Positions 27,482 to 36,075 of a stretch of DNA of 55,890 nt are shown in pieces. Within the stretch, counting starts at the first letter, position 1, and every line of letters begins with the position of its first letter. Position numbers and translations under genes: made by a program. The notes beneath the pieces are model-generated. The model saw nothing but the letters and a program-made list of their open reading frames with translations, did not search any database and was not told where the DNA came from. Source of the stretch: a virus (lineage: Duplodnaviria; Heunggongvirae; Uroviricota; Caudoviricetes); the IMG/VR virus record IMGVR_UViG_3300044719_000150; one strand, written 5' to 3'.

Positions 27482-28243
27482 ATGGGCCTCGCGCTGGACG
27501 ACGGATTCGGGATCAAGGGCAGGCTCTCGCTGGAACTGCGCAGCGCCGAGACCGATCTCGTGGTGGCGCGCCGCAGCGCGGACAACCTGATCGTGACCAC
27601 GGGCCTCAACTCCCTGGCGACCGCCCTGAACTGGGCCTTCGTCCAGAACTACAACGCCGGTTGGGGTTCCCCGTTCTCCTCCTCTTCAGGCAATCTCGGG
27701 GATGTGTACGGGGCAGTGGGCACGGGCACGAGCACGCCCTCGGCGGGGCAGACCGCCCTGGACAGCGAGGTGGGGCGCGCCCTGCTGACCACGGGCACGA
27801 ATTCGAGCACCGTCCTGACCTACCAGTTCTTTTTCGGGACCACCAGCGCCAACGGCGTGATCACCGAGGCCGGGGTGTTCACCTCCGCGTCCTCGGTCCA
27901 GACGACGCTGACCGCCGGGCTGAACCAGTCGCAGGTCTACACCTCCCTGACGGTCGCCGCGCTGCCCGCAGCGATCCCCAGCGGGGCGACGCTGACGGTC
28001 AACTACGGGGGCGCGCAGGTCTCGGGCGTCACCCAGCAGGTGTCCACGACGGCCCCGGCCTCTTTCGGGGCGACCACCATCTCGGTGTCCTCATTCGCCG
28101 CGTCGGCATCCTTCCCGTCGGGCACGGTCGTGGCCTACAACACCGGCACGCTGCTGGACCGGGCCCTGATCTCACCCTCGGTGACGAAGACCGCCGCGCA
28201 GACCGCGACGCTGAACCTGTCGCTCACCCTCCAGTCGGGCTGA
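27482..28243 (+). CDS. Minor tail / baseplate-type protein
   Basis: NLIVTTG...AVGTGT...TALDSEVGR...ANGVITEAGVF...KT motif; start reassigned to ATG 27482. Confidence 0.75.
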   Translation: MGLALDDGFGIKGRLSLELRSAETDLVVARRSADNLIVTTGLNSLATALNWAFVQNYNAGWGSPFSSSSGNLGDVYGAVGTGTSTPSAGQTALDSEVGRALLTTGTNSSTVLTYQFFFGTTSANGVITEAGVFTSASSVQTTLTAGLNQSQVYTSLTVAALPAAIPSGATLTVNYGGAQVSGVTQQVSTTAPASFGATTISVSSFAASASFPSGTVVAYNTGTLLDRALISPSVTKTAAQTATLNLSLTLQSG

Positions 28244-28245
28244 AC

Positions 28246-28291
28246 CCGGCGGCGCGGGCGCGTTGAGTTTCGCTTCAGTTTTGGCCACCGG
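28246..28291 (-). ncRNA. tigRNA-like unit antisense to the virion operon
   Basis: CCGGTGG-CCA-aaactgaag-CG-aaac-TCA-acgcgcccg-CG-CCGCCGG; 7-bp stem. Confidence 0.8.
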
Positions 28292-28297
28292 CAATGC

Positions 28298-28309
28298 ATA
28301 ACGTATCAC
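28298..28309 (-). promoter_or_regulatory. Recurrent motif GTGATACGTTAT
   Basis: One mismatch to consensus; 6 nt upstream of unit 28246-28291. Confidence 0.7.
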
Positions 28310-28323
28310 ACGCGAGGAGATCC

Positions 28324-28599
28324 ATGGAAGCCGCAGTCCCTCCCTACAGGGCCGACGCCAACGCCGCCGCGCAGTCCGTCGGTGAGCTGTACCTGTATGT
28401 CAAGCAGCTGACCACTCGCATCGGTGAGATCGCCGATCAGGCCAACCGCGTCGATGACGTGCGCCTGGAGCTGGAGAAGCGCGTGGAGCAGCTCACGACC
28501 GAGCTGGCCGAGGCCCGCAAGCACAACGACGACCTGCGCACCCGCATCGACGAACTGCTCGCCCGCGAGGACGACGCGGACTGCGACTGCTGCCGCTAA
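28324..28599 (+). CDS. Coiled-coil protein
   Basis: ATG after GAGGAG; heptad-rich. Confidence 0.7.
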   Translation: MEAAVPPYRADANAAAQSVGELYLYVKQLTTRIGEIADQANRVDDVRLELEKRVEQLTTELAEARKHNDDLRTRIDELLAREDDADCDCCR

Positions 28600-28610
28600 G
28601 GAGCTGAGCC

Positions 28611-29399
28611 ATGGCGCTGTATACGGTCAACACGGCGTCCGTGGTCAACGCCGCCGACATCAACCAGTTCACCAACCTGCTCAACGGCACCACGAGCGGC
28701 ACCAGCGTCGTGGTCAGCTCCCGCATTCGCGCGCAGATGACCGGCGCCGCCACCGGCTCCGGGGGCTTGGCCGGTCAGACCTCCCTGGCCGCCCCTTCCT
28801 CCGGAACATATGTCACCGGCGACATCGTGGTGGACGGCGGCTTCGGAACGACGTGGGTGTGCACCTCGGGGGGCTCGCCCGGCTCGTGGTCGGCCAACCC
28901 CACGCAGATCTCCACGCAGACCCTGGGGTCGAACGCCGCCTCAGTGACCTTCTCCTCGATCCCCGCGTTCAACCACATCAGTGTCGTGTGGAAGGCGCGC
29001 TCTTCGGCCGCAGTCCTCGCCGAACAGCTGTACCTGCGCTTCAACGGCGACTCGGCGGCCCACTACTTCTGGGAGAAGGTCGAGGGCAACAACGCCACCC
29101 TCACCTCGGGAAGCTCCGGCGGCGCGGTCGCCTTCGTCCAGATGGGCACCATCACCGGAGCCAGCGGCACCGCGAACTGCTTCGGGAGCGGAAACTTCAC
29201 GGTCGCCTACTTCAACGACACCACGAATTTCTCCAGCGTCCAAGGCACCGCGTGCACTTTGGTCAGCTCCTCGAACCTGTACAACGGCACATACTCTGGA
29301 CTTTATAATCAGGCTACGAGCATCACGAGCCTGACCCTGTTCGCCGCCACCGGCAACCTGGTGACCGGCTCGCGCTTCTCCCTCTACGGCTGGATGTGA
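28611..29399 (+). CDS. Putative receptor-binding / tail-tip protein, paralog 1
   Basis: Shared MALYTVN...D(I/L/V)NQ..NLL.G N-terminus. Confidence 0.75.
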   Translation: MALYTVNTASVVNAADINQFTNLLNGTTSGTSVVVSSRIRAQMTGAATGSGGLAGQTSLAAPSSGTYVTGDIVVDGGFGTTWVCTSGGSPGSWSANPTQISTQTLGSNAASVTFSSIPAFNHISVVWKARSSAAVLAEQLYLRFNGDSAAHYFWEKVEGNNATLTSGSSGGAVAFVQMGTITGASGTANCFGSGNFTVAYFNDTTNFSSVQGTACTLVSSSNLYNGTYSGLYNQATSITSLTLFAATGNLVTGSRFSLYGWM

Positions 29400-29402
29400 T
29401 CC

Positions 29403-30356
29403 GTGGCGCTCACCCTGATCAGCGAGGGCGCCACCAGCAACGCCACCGACCTCAACCAGGTCGTCAACCTGCTCAACGGCACCACGACGAACACCCAGGT
29501 GACCGTCAACGGCCCCATCGCCGCGCAGATGACCGGCACCACCGCTGCGATGCGGTACGTGGGCGGCATCGCCCCCCCGCTGGACTTCACGCTCTTCGGC
29601 GACCAAACCTACACTGACGGCCTCGGGGACACGTTCTACGCGCCCATCCAGATCCCTCTCACCTACGGCTCCGCGACAGCGGCCACGGCCTCGGCCGGTG
29701 GGTCCACGAACGGCTCATACTACGGCGCGACAGACATGGCGTGGGCGCCTGGAGGCCCGATCGCCATCGGTTCCACGGCCCCCACCTCGCAGCCGTGGAT
29801 GCAGGCCTCGGCGATGCCGCTGGGCACAGCGTCCATCGGCCAGAACACGCCCATGACCGTGGGCACCGGCGGCTACGTGTGCCGCGCGCACCAGAGCGGC
29901 GCCGTCACCGTGAACAGCAACACCTCCCTGGTGGGTACCGACACGGTGGACTACGACCCGCGTGGCATGTACCGGCCGTCCGCGTACGGCCCCGGCGGCG
30001 CGATCACCATCCCATTCCCCGGCGTCTGGGCCTTCGTCGCCTCCCTGCACGGCGCCGAGAACCAGGTGATCGACGAGTGGCAGGTGGTCAGTACCGCAGG
30101 GCCGACCCTCGCGCTGAGCGCCACGACGTTCCCGTGCCCCGACACCCCGAACAACGCCGCCGCGCCCTACACCGGCAGCTCGGTCACGGGGTTCATCATC
30201 CTCGGCTTCGGCTACAGCGCGGGCACCTCGCCCATGAACCCGAACACCGCGCCCGTCCAGCTCGCCTTCCGGGTGCCCAACACCCCACCCAACACCTACG
30301 CCCTGGACACCTCCGGTCCCGACCGGACTTATATCGCCGTCTGGCTCGTGGGTTAG
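29403..30356 (+). CDS. Putative receptor-binding / tail-tip protein, paralog 2
   Basis: MALTLISEGATSNATDLNQVVNLLNG. Confidence 0.75.
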   Translation: MALTLISEGATSNATDLNQVVNLLNGTTTNTQVTVNGPIAAQMTGTTAAMRYVGGIAPPLDFTLFGDQTYTDGLGDTFYAPIQIPLTYGSATAATASAGGSTNGSYYGATDMAWAPGGPIAIGSTAPTSQPWMQASAMPLGTASIGQNTPMTVGTGGYVCRAHQSGAVTVNSNTSLVGTDTVDYDPRGMYRPSAYGPGGAITIPFPGVWAFVASLHGAENQVIDEWQVVSTAGPTLALSATTFPCPDTPNNAAAPYTGSSVTGFIILGFGYSAGTSPMNPNTAPVQLAFRVPNTPPNTYALDTSGPDRTYIAVWLVG

Positions 30357-30365
30357 GGGGCTCCC

Positions 30366-31166
30366 GTGGCGCTCTACACCGTCAATACGGGGCAGGCCAC
30401 CGCAGCGGCCGACCTCAACCAGGCCATCAACCTCCTGTCCGGCGCGTCCTCGCCGCTCAGCAGTTCCATGGCGGTCTCCAACCGTGTACGCGCGCAGCTG
30501 ACAGGCGCCACCGCGACGTCCGGCCTGGCGGGCTCCACCTCCGGCGGCGCACCCACCTCCGGCACGTTCGCCCTCGGCGACCTGGTGCTCGACACCGGCT
30601 ACGACTGCCTGTGGGTGTGCACCTCCGCCGGAACGCCCGGCTCGTGGAAGCGCATCGGCGGCCAGACGTGGCTCGGGGTCGCCCTCATCCCCACCGGGTT
30701 CACGTATCCGAGCGGGCCGCTGGACCCGGCGACCGGCAATCCGCTCTTCCCCGCCCCCCCGGCGATCACCCAGACATTCTTCGCGCGCTCCGGGCGCGCC
30801 GGTTTCGACGTCATCCAGTTCGGCTACGAGATCCCCTTCAACTACCCGTACGCGCTGCCGGGCTATTCCCAGTCGGCGTACGGCTTCGTCATCCCCATGG
30901 CCGGGACCTACCTGGTGCGCGTGGTGCTCAACCCGGCGGGCCCCACCACGTCCACCGACCTGGGCCTGATGGTCCTCAAGAACGGCGCGGTGTTCCAATA
31001 TGGCACCGAATTCGCCTCGCGGGGCAATCCCGTCCACTACGTGTGCGCGATCGTGCCGTGCGCGGCGGGCGACCTCATCCAGGCCGCAGCCTATGCCGAA
31101 GGCCTGTATTCGCCCACGTCGAGCCAGTTCACCAGCGATATATTCGTGCTCTGGATCGGAAACTAG
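30366..31166 (+). CDS. Putative receptor-binding / tail-tip protein, paralog 3
   Basis: MALYTVNTGQATAAADLNQAINLLSG; GAPTSG...WVCTSAGTPGSW. Confidence 0.75.
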   Translation: MALYTVNTGQATAAADLNQAINLLSGASSPLSSSMAVSNRVRAQLTGATATSGLAGSTSGGAPTSGTFALGDLVLDTGYDCLWVCTSAGTPGSWKRIGGQTWLGVALIPTGFTYPSGPLDPATGNPLFPAPPAITQTFFARSGRAGFDVIQFGYEIPFNYPYALPGYSQSAYGFVIPMAGTYLVRVVLNPAGPTTSTDLGLMVLKNGAVFQYGTEFASRGNPVHYVCAIVPCAAGDLIQAAAYAEGLYSPTSSQFTSDIFVLWIGN

Positions 31167-31174
31167 GGGCGGCC

Positions 31175-31882
31175 ATGGCTCTCTATACCGTGTCTAACGG
31201 CAACACCATGAACGCCCTGGACGTCAACCAGGTCGTCAATTTGCTCACGGGCCTGGACAACGCCACGCAGGTGACCGTCTCCAATGCGATCCAATCGGTG
31301 ACCCCCGGCTGCCCCGCGCCGTCGCGCTACGTCGGGGGCACCACCTCGGGTGCCCCCACCTCGGGAAGCTTCCTCGCGGGCGATATGGTCATCGCACAGG
31401 ACGGCTTCTTGTGGATCTGCGCCGTGGCGGGAACGCCGGGAACCTGGTACCGCCAGGGAACCGGCGACTATCACGCCACCGCGACGCAGACCGTCGCGCA
31501 GACCCTCACTTCACGCTCCTCCCAGACGGGTTTCGACGTGCTGAACCTCAACAGCGCGGTCAGCGACCCCCATGGCATGTTCTCCGCCGCGAACCACCGC
31601 TTCACCATCCCCTTCTCCGGGGGCACCTGGCTGCTGACCGGCACGGCCGGAACGCTCCTGGCCAGCACGACGTTCTCCCAGGCGGCCATCATCACCAAGA
31701 ACGGCTCCGCGATCTCGCGGGGCAGCGAGCTGAAGGTCGTCAACGGCGGCTCAAGCGTCGTCTACGACCTTCAGCAGTTCAACTCGGGAGACCTGATCCA
31801 GCTCGCGATGTACGCCGAGGCCGCCGCCGCCGTGAACACCGGCGCCGGGCGCGTGGTGCTCTCCCTCTCCCTGATCGCCTAG
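31175..31882 (+). CDS. Putative receptor-binding / tail-tip protein, paralog 4 (C1q/TNF-like head)
   Basis: MALYTVSNGNTMNALDVNQVVNLLTG; FSAANHRFTIPFSGGTWL; start reassigned to 31175. Confidence 0.75.
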   Translation: MALYTVSNGNTMNALDVNQVVNLLTGLDNATQVTVSNAIQSVTPGCPAPSRYVGGTTSGAPTSGSFLAGDMVIAQDGFLWICAVAGTPGTWYRQGTGDYHATATQTVAQTLTSRSSQTGFDVLNLNSAVSDPHGMFSAANHRFTIPFSGGTWLLTGTAGTLLASTTFSQAAIITKNGSAISRGSELKVVNGGSSVVYDLQQFNSGDLIQLAMYAEAAAAVNTGAGRVVLSLSLIA

Positions 31883-31969
31883 GAGCGTCTATGTCCGCAC
31901 CGCGCGCCATTGCCCGGAGGGGGTCGGCGCCTCGCGCCCGTGGTGGCCTTGACTGGAGTGAGGTCCGTC

Positions 31970-32338
31970 GTGTCTGAAGATCCGGGTGTTGTCTTCTCCG
32001 TCAAGGAGCTGATCGGGCGCCTCGACGGAAAACTCGACACCACCGCGAACCTGCTGGCGGGCAAACTGGACTCGATTGGCACGGCGCTGGCGGGAAAGGC
32101 GGACCGCAGCGATTTGAACCAGCTGGGCGACCGCGTGGGCCGCGTAGAGGAGACGGTCGCGAACCTGCACCAGCGCGAGCTGGAGCGCGAGGCCGCCCGC
32201 CGGGCCAAGGAGAAGGCGACCGTCCAGGTCGAGACGAAGCACCAGGATCATCACCGCTTCGCCATCACCCTGGTCATCGCCATTATCTCCGCCCTCGCCG
32301 CCGTCGCGATGGCAGCTGTCGCCGTACTGGGACATTAG
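31970..32338 (+). CDS. Lysis-cassette membrane protein (coiled coil plus C-terminal TM helix)
   Basis: FAITLVIAIISALAAVAMAAVAVLGH TM; upstream of the lysin. Confidence 0.65.
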   Translation: MSEDPGVVFSVKELIGRLDGKLDTTANLLAGKLDSIGTALAGKADRSDLNQLGDRVGRVEETVANLHQRELEREAARRAKEKATVQVETKHQDHHRFAITLVIAIISALAAVAMAAVAVLGH

Positions 32339-32341
32339 GGG

Positions 32342-32734
32342 GTGGATATGCAGGAGCATCCCGCCGTCGCGCACCCCAGCGCCCGGCTCAAGCCGTCGGT
32401 GGGCTGGAATGCGTGGCTGGCGGACAATTTGGTCAAAGTGTTCGGCGCGATATGGACAGTCTGGATCTGCATGACGGTCCTGCTCGCCGTGCTGCTCTTT
32501 CCCAAGGGCGTCCAGTCGGTGGTCTTCTACCTATCCTCCGGCTGGATCCAGCTCTGGGCGCTTCCGCTGATCAACTACACCCAGAACAAGGCCGACGCCC
32601 TGCGCTCCGCGAAGGCGGACGTTGACCACCAGGCGCTGACCCACATGGCGACCGCACTCGACGAGGCGACCGCGCTGGTCTCCAGCCTGCATGCCCGGCT
32701 CGACGCCATGGAGCGCAAAGGAGGCTCCGCATGA
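32342..32734 (+). CDS. Holin-like / DUF1003-like membrane protein
   Basis: Two hydrophobic segments; overlaps the lysin start. Confidence 0.6.
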   Translation: MDMQEHPAVAHPSARLKPSVGWNAWLADNLVKVFGAIWTVWICMTVLLAVLLFPKGVQSVVFYLSSGWIQLWALPLINYTQNKADALRSAKADVDHQALTHMATALDEATALVSSLHARLDAMERKGGSA

Positions 32735-33567
32735 CCCGGATCCTCTACGACGGCATCAACACCGACGCGCACCTGATCCCCGCGAACGCGCAAATGGTCG
32801 CAGGGTACGTAGACGGCCTGTACGCATGGTCGGATGCCGACTGGGCGCGGTTCCCCAACGCCGTCAAGATCCGCATCGCGGTATTCGCCGACACCAACGA
32901 CGGCCACGTGCTGGACTGCGAGCCGGGCAACAACACCCCGGCCGAGTCCGTGGACTGGGTCCTGATGCGCCGCAAGGCCGGAGTAGAACCCACTGTATAT
33001 TGCGGCCGCAACACCTGGTGGCCGCAGATCCGCGCCGCTTTCGCTGCGCGCGCCGTCCCCGAACCGCACTACTGGGTCGCGGACTACAGCACCGGCCAGC
33101 AGATCCCCTCCGGCGCCATCGCGCTCCAGTACGCGGATATGGGCTCTTACGACCTGTCCGTGGTCGCCGACTACTGGCCCGGCGTGGACCCTGCGCCGAC
33201 GCCCGCACCCCTTCAGGAGGACCCTGTGGCTTACCTGCTAGACGTCCAGCCCGACCCCAATAACAAGAGCGTGAACCAGGGCATCTGGCGCCTGGAGGGC
33301 AATCTGCTCTTCCATGTGCTGCCCGATGCCATCGCAACCTTCCGCAGCTGGGGCGACAAGGAGGGGCCGATCAGTTTCGGCCAGTTCGAGACGATCAAGG
33401 CGGCTATCGCCGCGATGAACCCGGCGGTATCCGTCACCGTGGATGGCACGCAGCTGGCCGCCGCAGTCAAGGCCGCCCTGTCCGACGCCGGGCTGCTGGC
33501 CGCCCAGGGCGCCGCCATCGCGCACGCCGAGGCGGTCCAAGAGCACAACGACACCCCCGCGAACTGA
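32731..33567 (+). CDS. Endolysin, GH25-like muramidase
   Basis: AGYVDG, VLDCEPG, PTVYC, YWVADY, ALQY and YDLSVV motifs; ends the virion operon. Confidence 0.8.
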   Translation: MTRILYDGINTDAHLIPANAQMVAGYVDGLYAWSDADWARFPNAVKIRIAVFADTNDGHVLDCEPGNNTPAESVDWVLMRRKAGVEPTVYCGRNTWWPQIRAAFAARAVPEPHYWVADYSTGQQIPSGAIALQYADMGSYDLSVVADYWPGVDPAPTPAPLQEDPVAYLLDVQPDPNNKSVNQGIWRLEGNLLFHVLPDAIATFRSWGDKEGPISFGQFETIKAAIAAMNPAVSVTVDGTQLAAAVKAALSDAGLLAAQGAAIAHAEAVQEHNDTPAN

Positions 33568-33572
33568 GAGTC

Positions 33573-33602
33573 GAGCCCCGGTTCCGACCGGGGCTCTTTT
33601 TT
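33573..33602 (+). terminator. Intrinsic terminator after the lysin gene
   Basis: GAGCCCCGG-ttccga-CCGGGGCTC-TTTTTT. Confidence 0.9.
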
Positions 33603-33673
33603 CATGCCTTGACACTTGACGAAGTAATATGGCACTCTTGCAGGGCATCATCCCGAACAGCAAGGAGGTATGC

Positions 33674-34006
33674 GTGAAGCCCGAGATGGACCCGAAGTAC
33701 TGCCCTGATGCCGACGACATCGCCAGAGTCCTGATTCTCGCGGGGCACATGCCCTACCGGGAGGATCAAGACTGTTTCGGCGGCTTCGTCACCTATGGCG
33801 TCCACGACTGGATCAGCGTGTACCACCGACCGTCGAACCCCAGCGACTATCCCCCGGGCACCGAGGACGACCTGAAGATCACCGCCTATGCCCGCGCCCT
33901 CAAGGCCGTGGGCTATCTCATTCAGCCGCGCTGGTCCTATGTTAAGGACGGCAAGGACGGGGTAGAGCGGATCGAGCACAGCCTGATTGTGCGACTGCGG
34001 GATTAA
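33674..34006 (+). CDS. Hypothetical protein
   Basis: GTG start after AAGGAGG. Confidence 0.65.
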   Translation: MKPEMDPKYCPDADDIARVLILAGHMPYREDQDCFGGFVTYGVHDWISVYHRPSNPSDYPPGTEDDLKITAYARALKAVGYLIQPRWSYVKDGKDGVERIEHSLIVRLRD

Positions 34007-34010
34007 CCCC

Positions 34011-34048
34011 CGGCGGCGGCGCCCGTCAGCTCTGAGGCGCCGCCGCCG
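34011..34048. terminator. 13-bp hairpin between convergent genes
   Basis: CGGCGGCGGCGCC-N12-GGCGCCGCCGCCG. Confidence 0.65.
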
Positions 34049-34125
34049 CCCGGCCCTCACGACAGGGAGGAAAGGCCGGGAAGCGCGCGGGGTCCTGCGT
34101 CATCTCCCGCCCGCGCGCCGGAGAT

Positions 34126-34737
34126 CTAGAGCTGCGCGAGGGCGTCCAACCGCTCCAGGGCGCGCAGCACACGGCCACTCACATTGTCCACACCCTCGAT
34201 GGGGCTGAAGGCCGCCAGGTAATCCTGCCACACGGCCTGCGTGTGGTACTCCGTGATGCGCCGCAGCTTGCGCGCGAACCTGGTGTGCCGGATGAAGACC
34301 TCGGTGCGCAGGTGGGACACCTTGGCGCGGGCCAGCCGATAGCTGAACGCCATGGCACGGTCCCAGCCGTTGAGCCACTGGCGCCAGATCGCGTCGTGCC
34401 GGGCGTTGACGGACTCGTGGCCGTTGAGCATCGGCAGCCAGTGCAGGCTGCGCGGCATCTCGGTGGGGCTGACCGGCCGCAGGTTGTGCACCGGCTGGAT
34501 GGTGATGCGGGGGATGAAGCGCCGCCGGAGTCGCACTGGGGGGATCTTGGGCGCCGGGACAGGCGTGAGCGCTCGGCGGGGATGCCTGGGCGCAGGGTCG
34601 GGGTCGAGCGCCTCGAAGAGGCCGGTGACCTCTTCGTCCAGCTCGGCCAGCACGCTGCGGGCGCGGCCGGTGGTGCGGGGGGCTGGGCGCAGCTCGTTCA
34701 GGGGGTTCGCGCGCTCCAACATCGTTGTGGTGCCCAT
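34126..34737 (-). CDS. Hypothetical protein
   Basis: 203-aa ORF after GAGAGG RBS. Confidence 0.65.
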   Translation of the reverse strand: MGTTTMLERANPLNELRPAPRTTGRARSVLAELDEEVTGLFEALDPDPAPRHPRRALTPVPAPKIPPVRLRRRFIPRITIQPVHNLRPVSPTEMPRSLHWLPMLNGHESVNARHDAIWRQWLNGWDRAMAFSYRLARAKVSHLRTEVFIRHTRFARKLRRITEYHTQAVWQDYLAAFSPIEGVDNVSGRVLRALERLDALAQL

Positions 34738-34802
34738 CTACCTCTCCCTCTCGTCGTGCCCAACGCCTCCCGGCGACAGGACCTTACATCTTACAGGCTA
34801 CG

Positions 34803-35180
34803 CTAGTCTTCGTCTAGGCCTTCGGTCCTACGTTGCGCCCGCTGGGCCGCCTCGTCGTCGATGCACAGCGTCGCCACCCAGTAGCCGACCTGAACCAAAG
34901 TACCGGGCCTGCCGCAGAACTCGCAGATCGTGTACGACTCCTGCTCGTACCTGCGCACCACCTCATGCGCCGCCTGATTACCGGCGATGTAGAGCCGCAG
35001 ACCGCCGAACTTCGTTTTGACCTGGCGCGCCTCATAGGTGGGGCACACGGTCAGTAGCTCGGCGTGAGCGCGGGCCACCAGATCGCCCCAGCCGGGGCAG
35101 TATTCCTGGGGCAGGTCAGGGATCTGCTTCGGCCCCAGTCCGTGCCTGGGCAGGCCGGGGATCTCCTCTTGCTCGTTCAC
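34803..35180 (-). CDS. Conserved phage hypothetical protein (QVKxKFGGLR...CExCGxPG)
   Basis: Motif seen in the translation; GTG start after GGGAGG. Confidence 0.75.
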   Translation of the reverse strand: MNEQEEIPGLPRHGLGPKQIPDLPQEYCPGWGDLVARAHAELLTVCPTYEARQVKTKFGGLRLYIAGNQAAHEVVRRYEQESYTICEFCGRPGTLVQVGYWVATLCIDDEAAQRAQRRTEGLDED

Positions 35181-35193
35181 TGATCCTCCCGTG

Positions 35194-35352
35194 TTGCGGC
35201 GGTCTTGCTCTGGTTGTCGAGTGTGGGATGGCCGCAGCGGGGTCATCGTGGTCCTGCGTACGTATTATGGCTGCGGCGCGGTTATCCTGACCCTCATGAG
35301 CGGTATGGCCACAGCGTAAGATCCTTGGGATGCGGTGCGGGACTGGCTGCGG
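35194..35352 (-). ncRNA. Four-unit tigRNA-like (TIGR-type) array, 38-39 nt period
   Basis: ccgcag-CCA-gtcccgcac-CG-catc-CCA-aggatctta-CG-ctgtgg-CCA-taccgctca-TG-aggg-TCA-ggataaccg-CG-ccgcag-CCA-taatacgta-CG-cagga-CCA-cgatgaccc-CG-ctgcgg-CCA-tcccacact-CG-acaa-CCA-gagcaagac-CG-ccgcaa. Confidence 0.92.
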
Positions 35353-35364
35353 CTAACGTATCAC
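35353..35364 (-). promoter_or_regulatory. Recurrent motif GTGATACGTTAG abutting the four-unit array
   Basis: Exact motif; overlaps the TGA stop of 35361-35720. Confidence 0.7.
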
Positions 35365-35720
35365 AGAGTCAGTCCGCCCTGCTCCTTTTTCGGGGCTTCG
35401 ATGTCGAACAGCCCGCCGCCGAACTCCGACCGCCGCGCCTCAATCCTCGGCTTCGCCTCCATGTGCGCCTTGCGGCACGGCTGGCACAGGCCCTTGAGGT
35501 TCGCGTACGACCAGTTGGTGTCGTTGTAGTCCAGGTGCACGATCTCCAGCTTGACCCGCAGGCCGTCGCGCAGAGGATGCCCGTGAGGCTCGACGGCCCG
35601 GCAGCGGTCTTTGTGCTGCCCGCAGCCGCCGAGACACTCACAGCGCCGCTTGGCGCGATCAGCCACGATCTCCATCGTGATCCGGCCTTTGTCCGGGGGG
35701 ATCGCCGGTCGCCTCGCCAC
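35361..35720 (-). CDS. Small HNH-like zinc-binding endonuclease
   Basis: RAKRRCEC...C...LEIVHLDYNDTNWSYANLKGLCQPC; GTG start after GGAGGAG. Confidence 0.7.
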   Translation of the reverse strand: MARRPAIPPDKGRITMEIVADRAKRRCECLGGCGQHKDRCRAVEPHGHPLRDGLRVKLEIVHLDYNDTNWSYANLKGLCQPCRKAHMEAKPRIEARRSEFGGGLFDIEAPKKEQGGLTL

Positions 35721-36075
35721 GCTCTTGCTCCTCCGCTTGCCGTGCTGCCCGCTCCAGCAGTTCGACGACTTCCTCGGCCGTGCGCCCTGGAGTGTCGTTG
35801 AAAGCGTACAGGGTTTCAAAGCCTGGCAGCAGGCCGTTGACGAACACCCGCGCCATATCGGCGAGATCCATGCCTTCCGGAGTGTCGCCGATGCCGACCG
35901 GCGAGCCGGTGGTCGCGAGATTGATCGCGCCGACCGCGCACAGGCACGCGCCAGGAATCGCGTTGCCGCCGTCGTCGTACAACGTCCAGTCCTTCTGGAT
36001 GAAGCCGCGCACACGGATCAGCTCAGCCGCCCGCCAGAGCGCTTCCGGCAGAGTGCTGGCCAGCGCGTCAAGCAT
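35659..36075 (-). CDS. DUF6197-like actinophage protein
   Basis: AAELIRVRGFIQ...CAVGAI...FNDTPGRTAEEVVELLERAA. Confidence 0.7.
   Translation of the reverse strand: MLDALASTLPEALWRAAELIRVRGFIQKDWTLYDDGGNAIPGACLCAVGAINLATTGSPVGIGDTPEGMDLADMARVFVNGLLPGFETLYAFNDTPGRTAEEVVELLERAARQAEEQERGEATGDPPGQRPDHDGDRG

Noticed and set aside
31898-31945. Stem-flanked 34-nt segment resembling a guide unit
   Set aside because: Box positions do not match on either strand without several mismatches.
33609-33630. TTGACA...TAATAT as a sigma70-type promoter
   Set aside because: The spacer is only 10 nt, so a canonical -35/-10 pairing is not supported.
35194-35352. CRISPR array
   Set aside because: No 23-50 nt direct repeats, spacers of only 9 nt, and no cas genes in the window.
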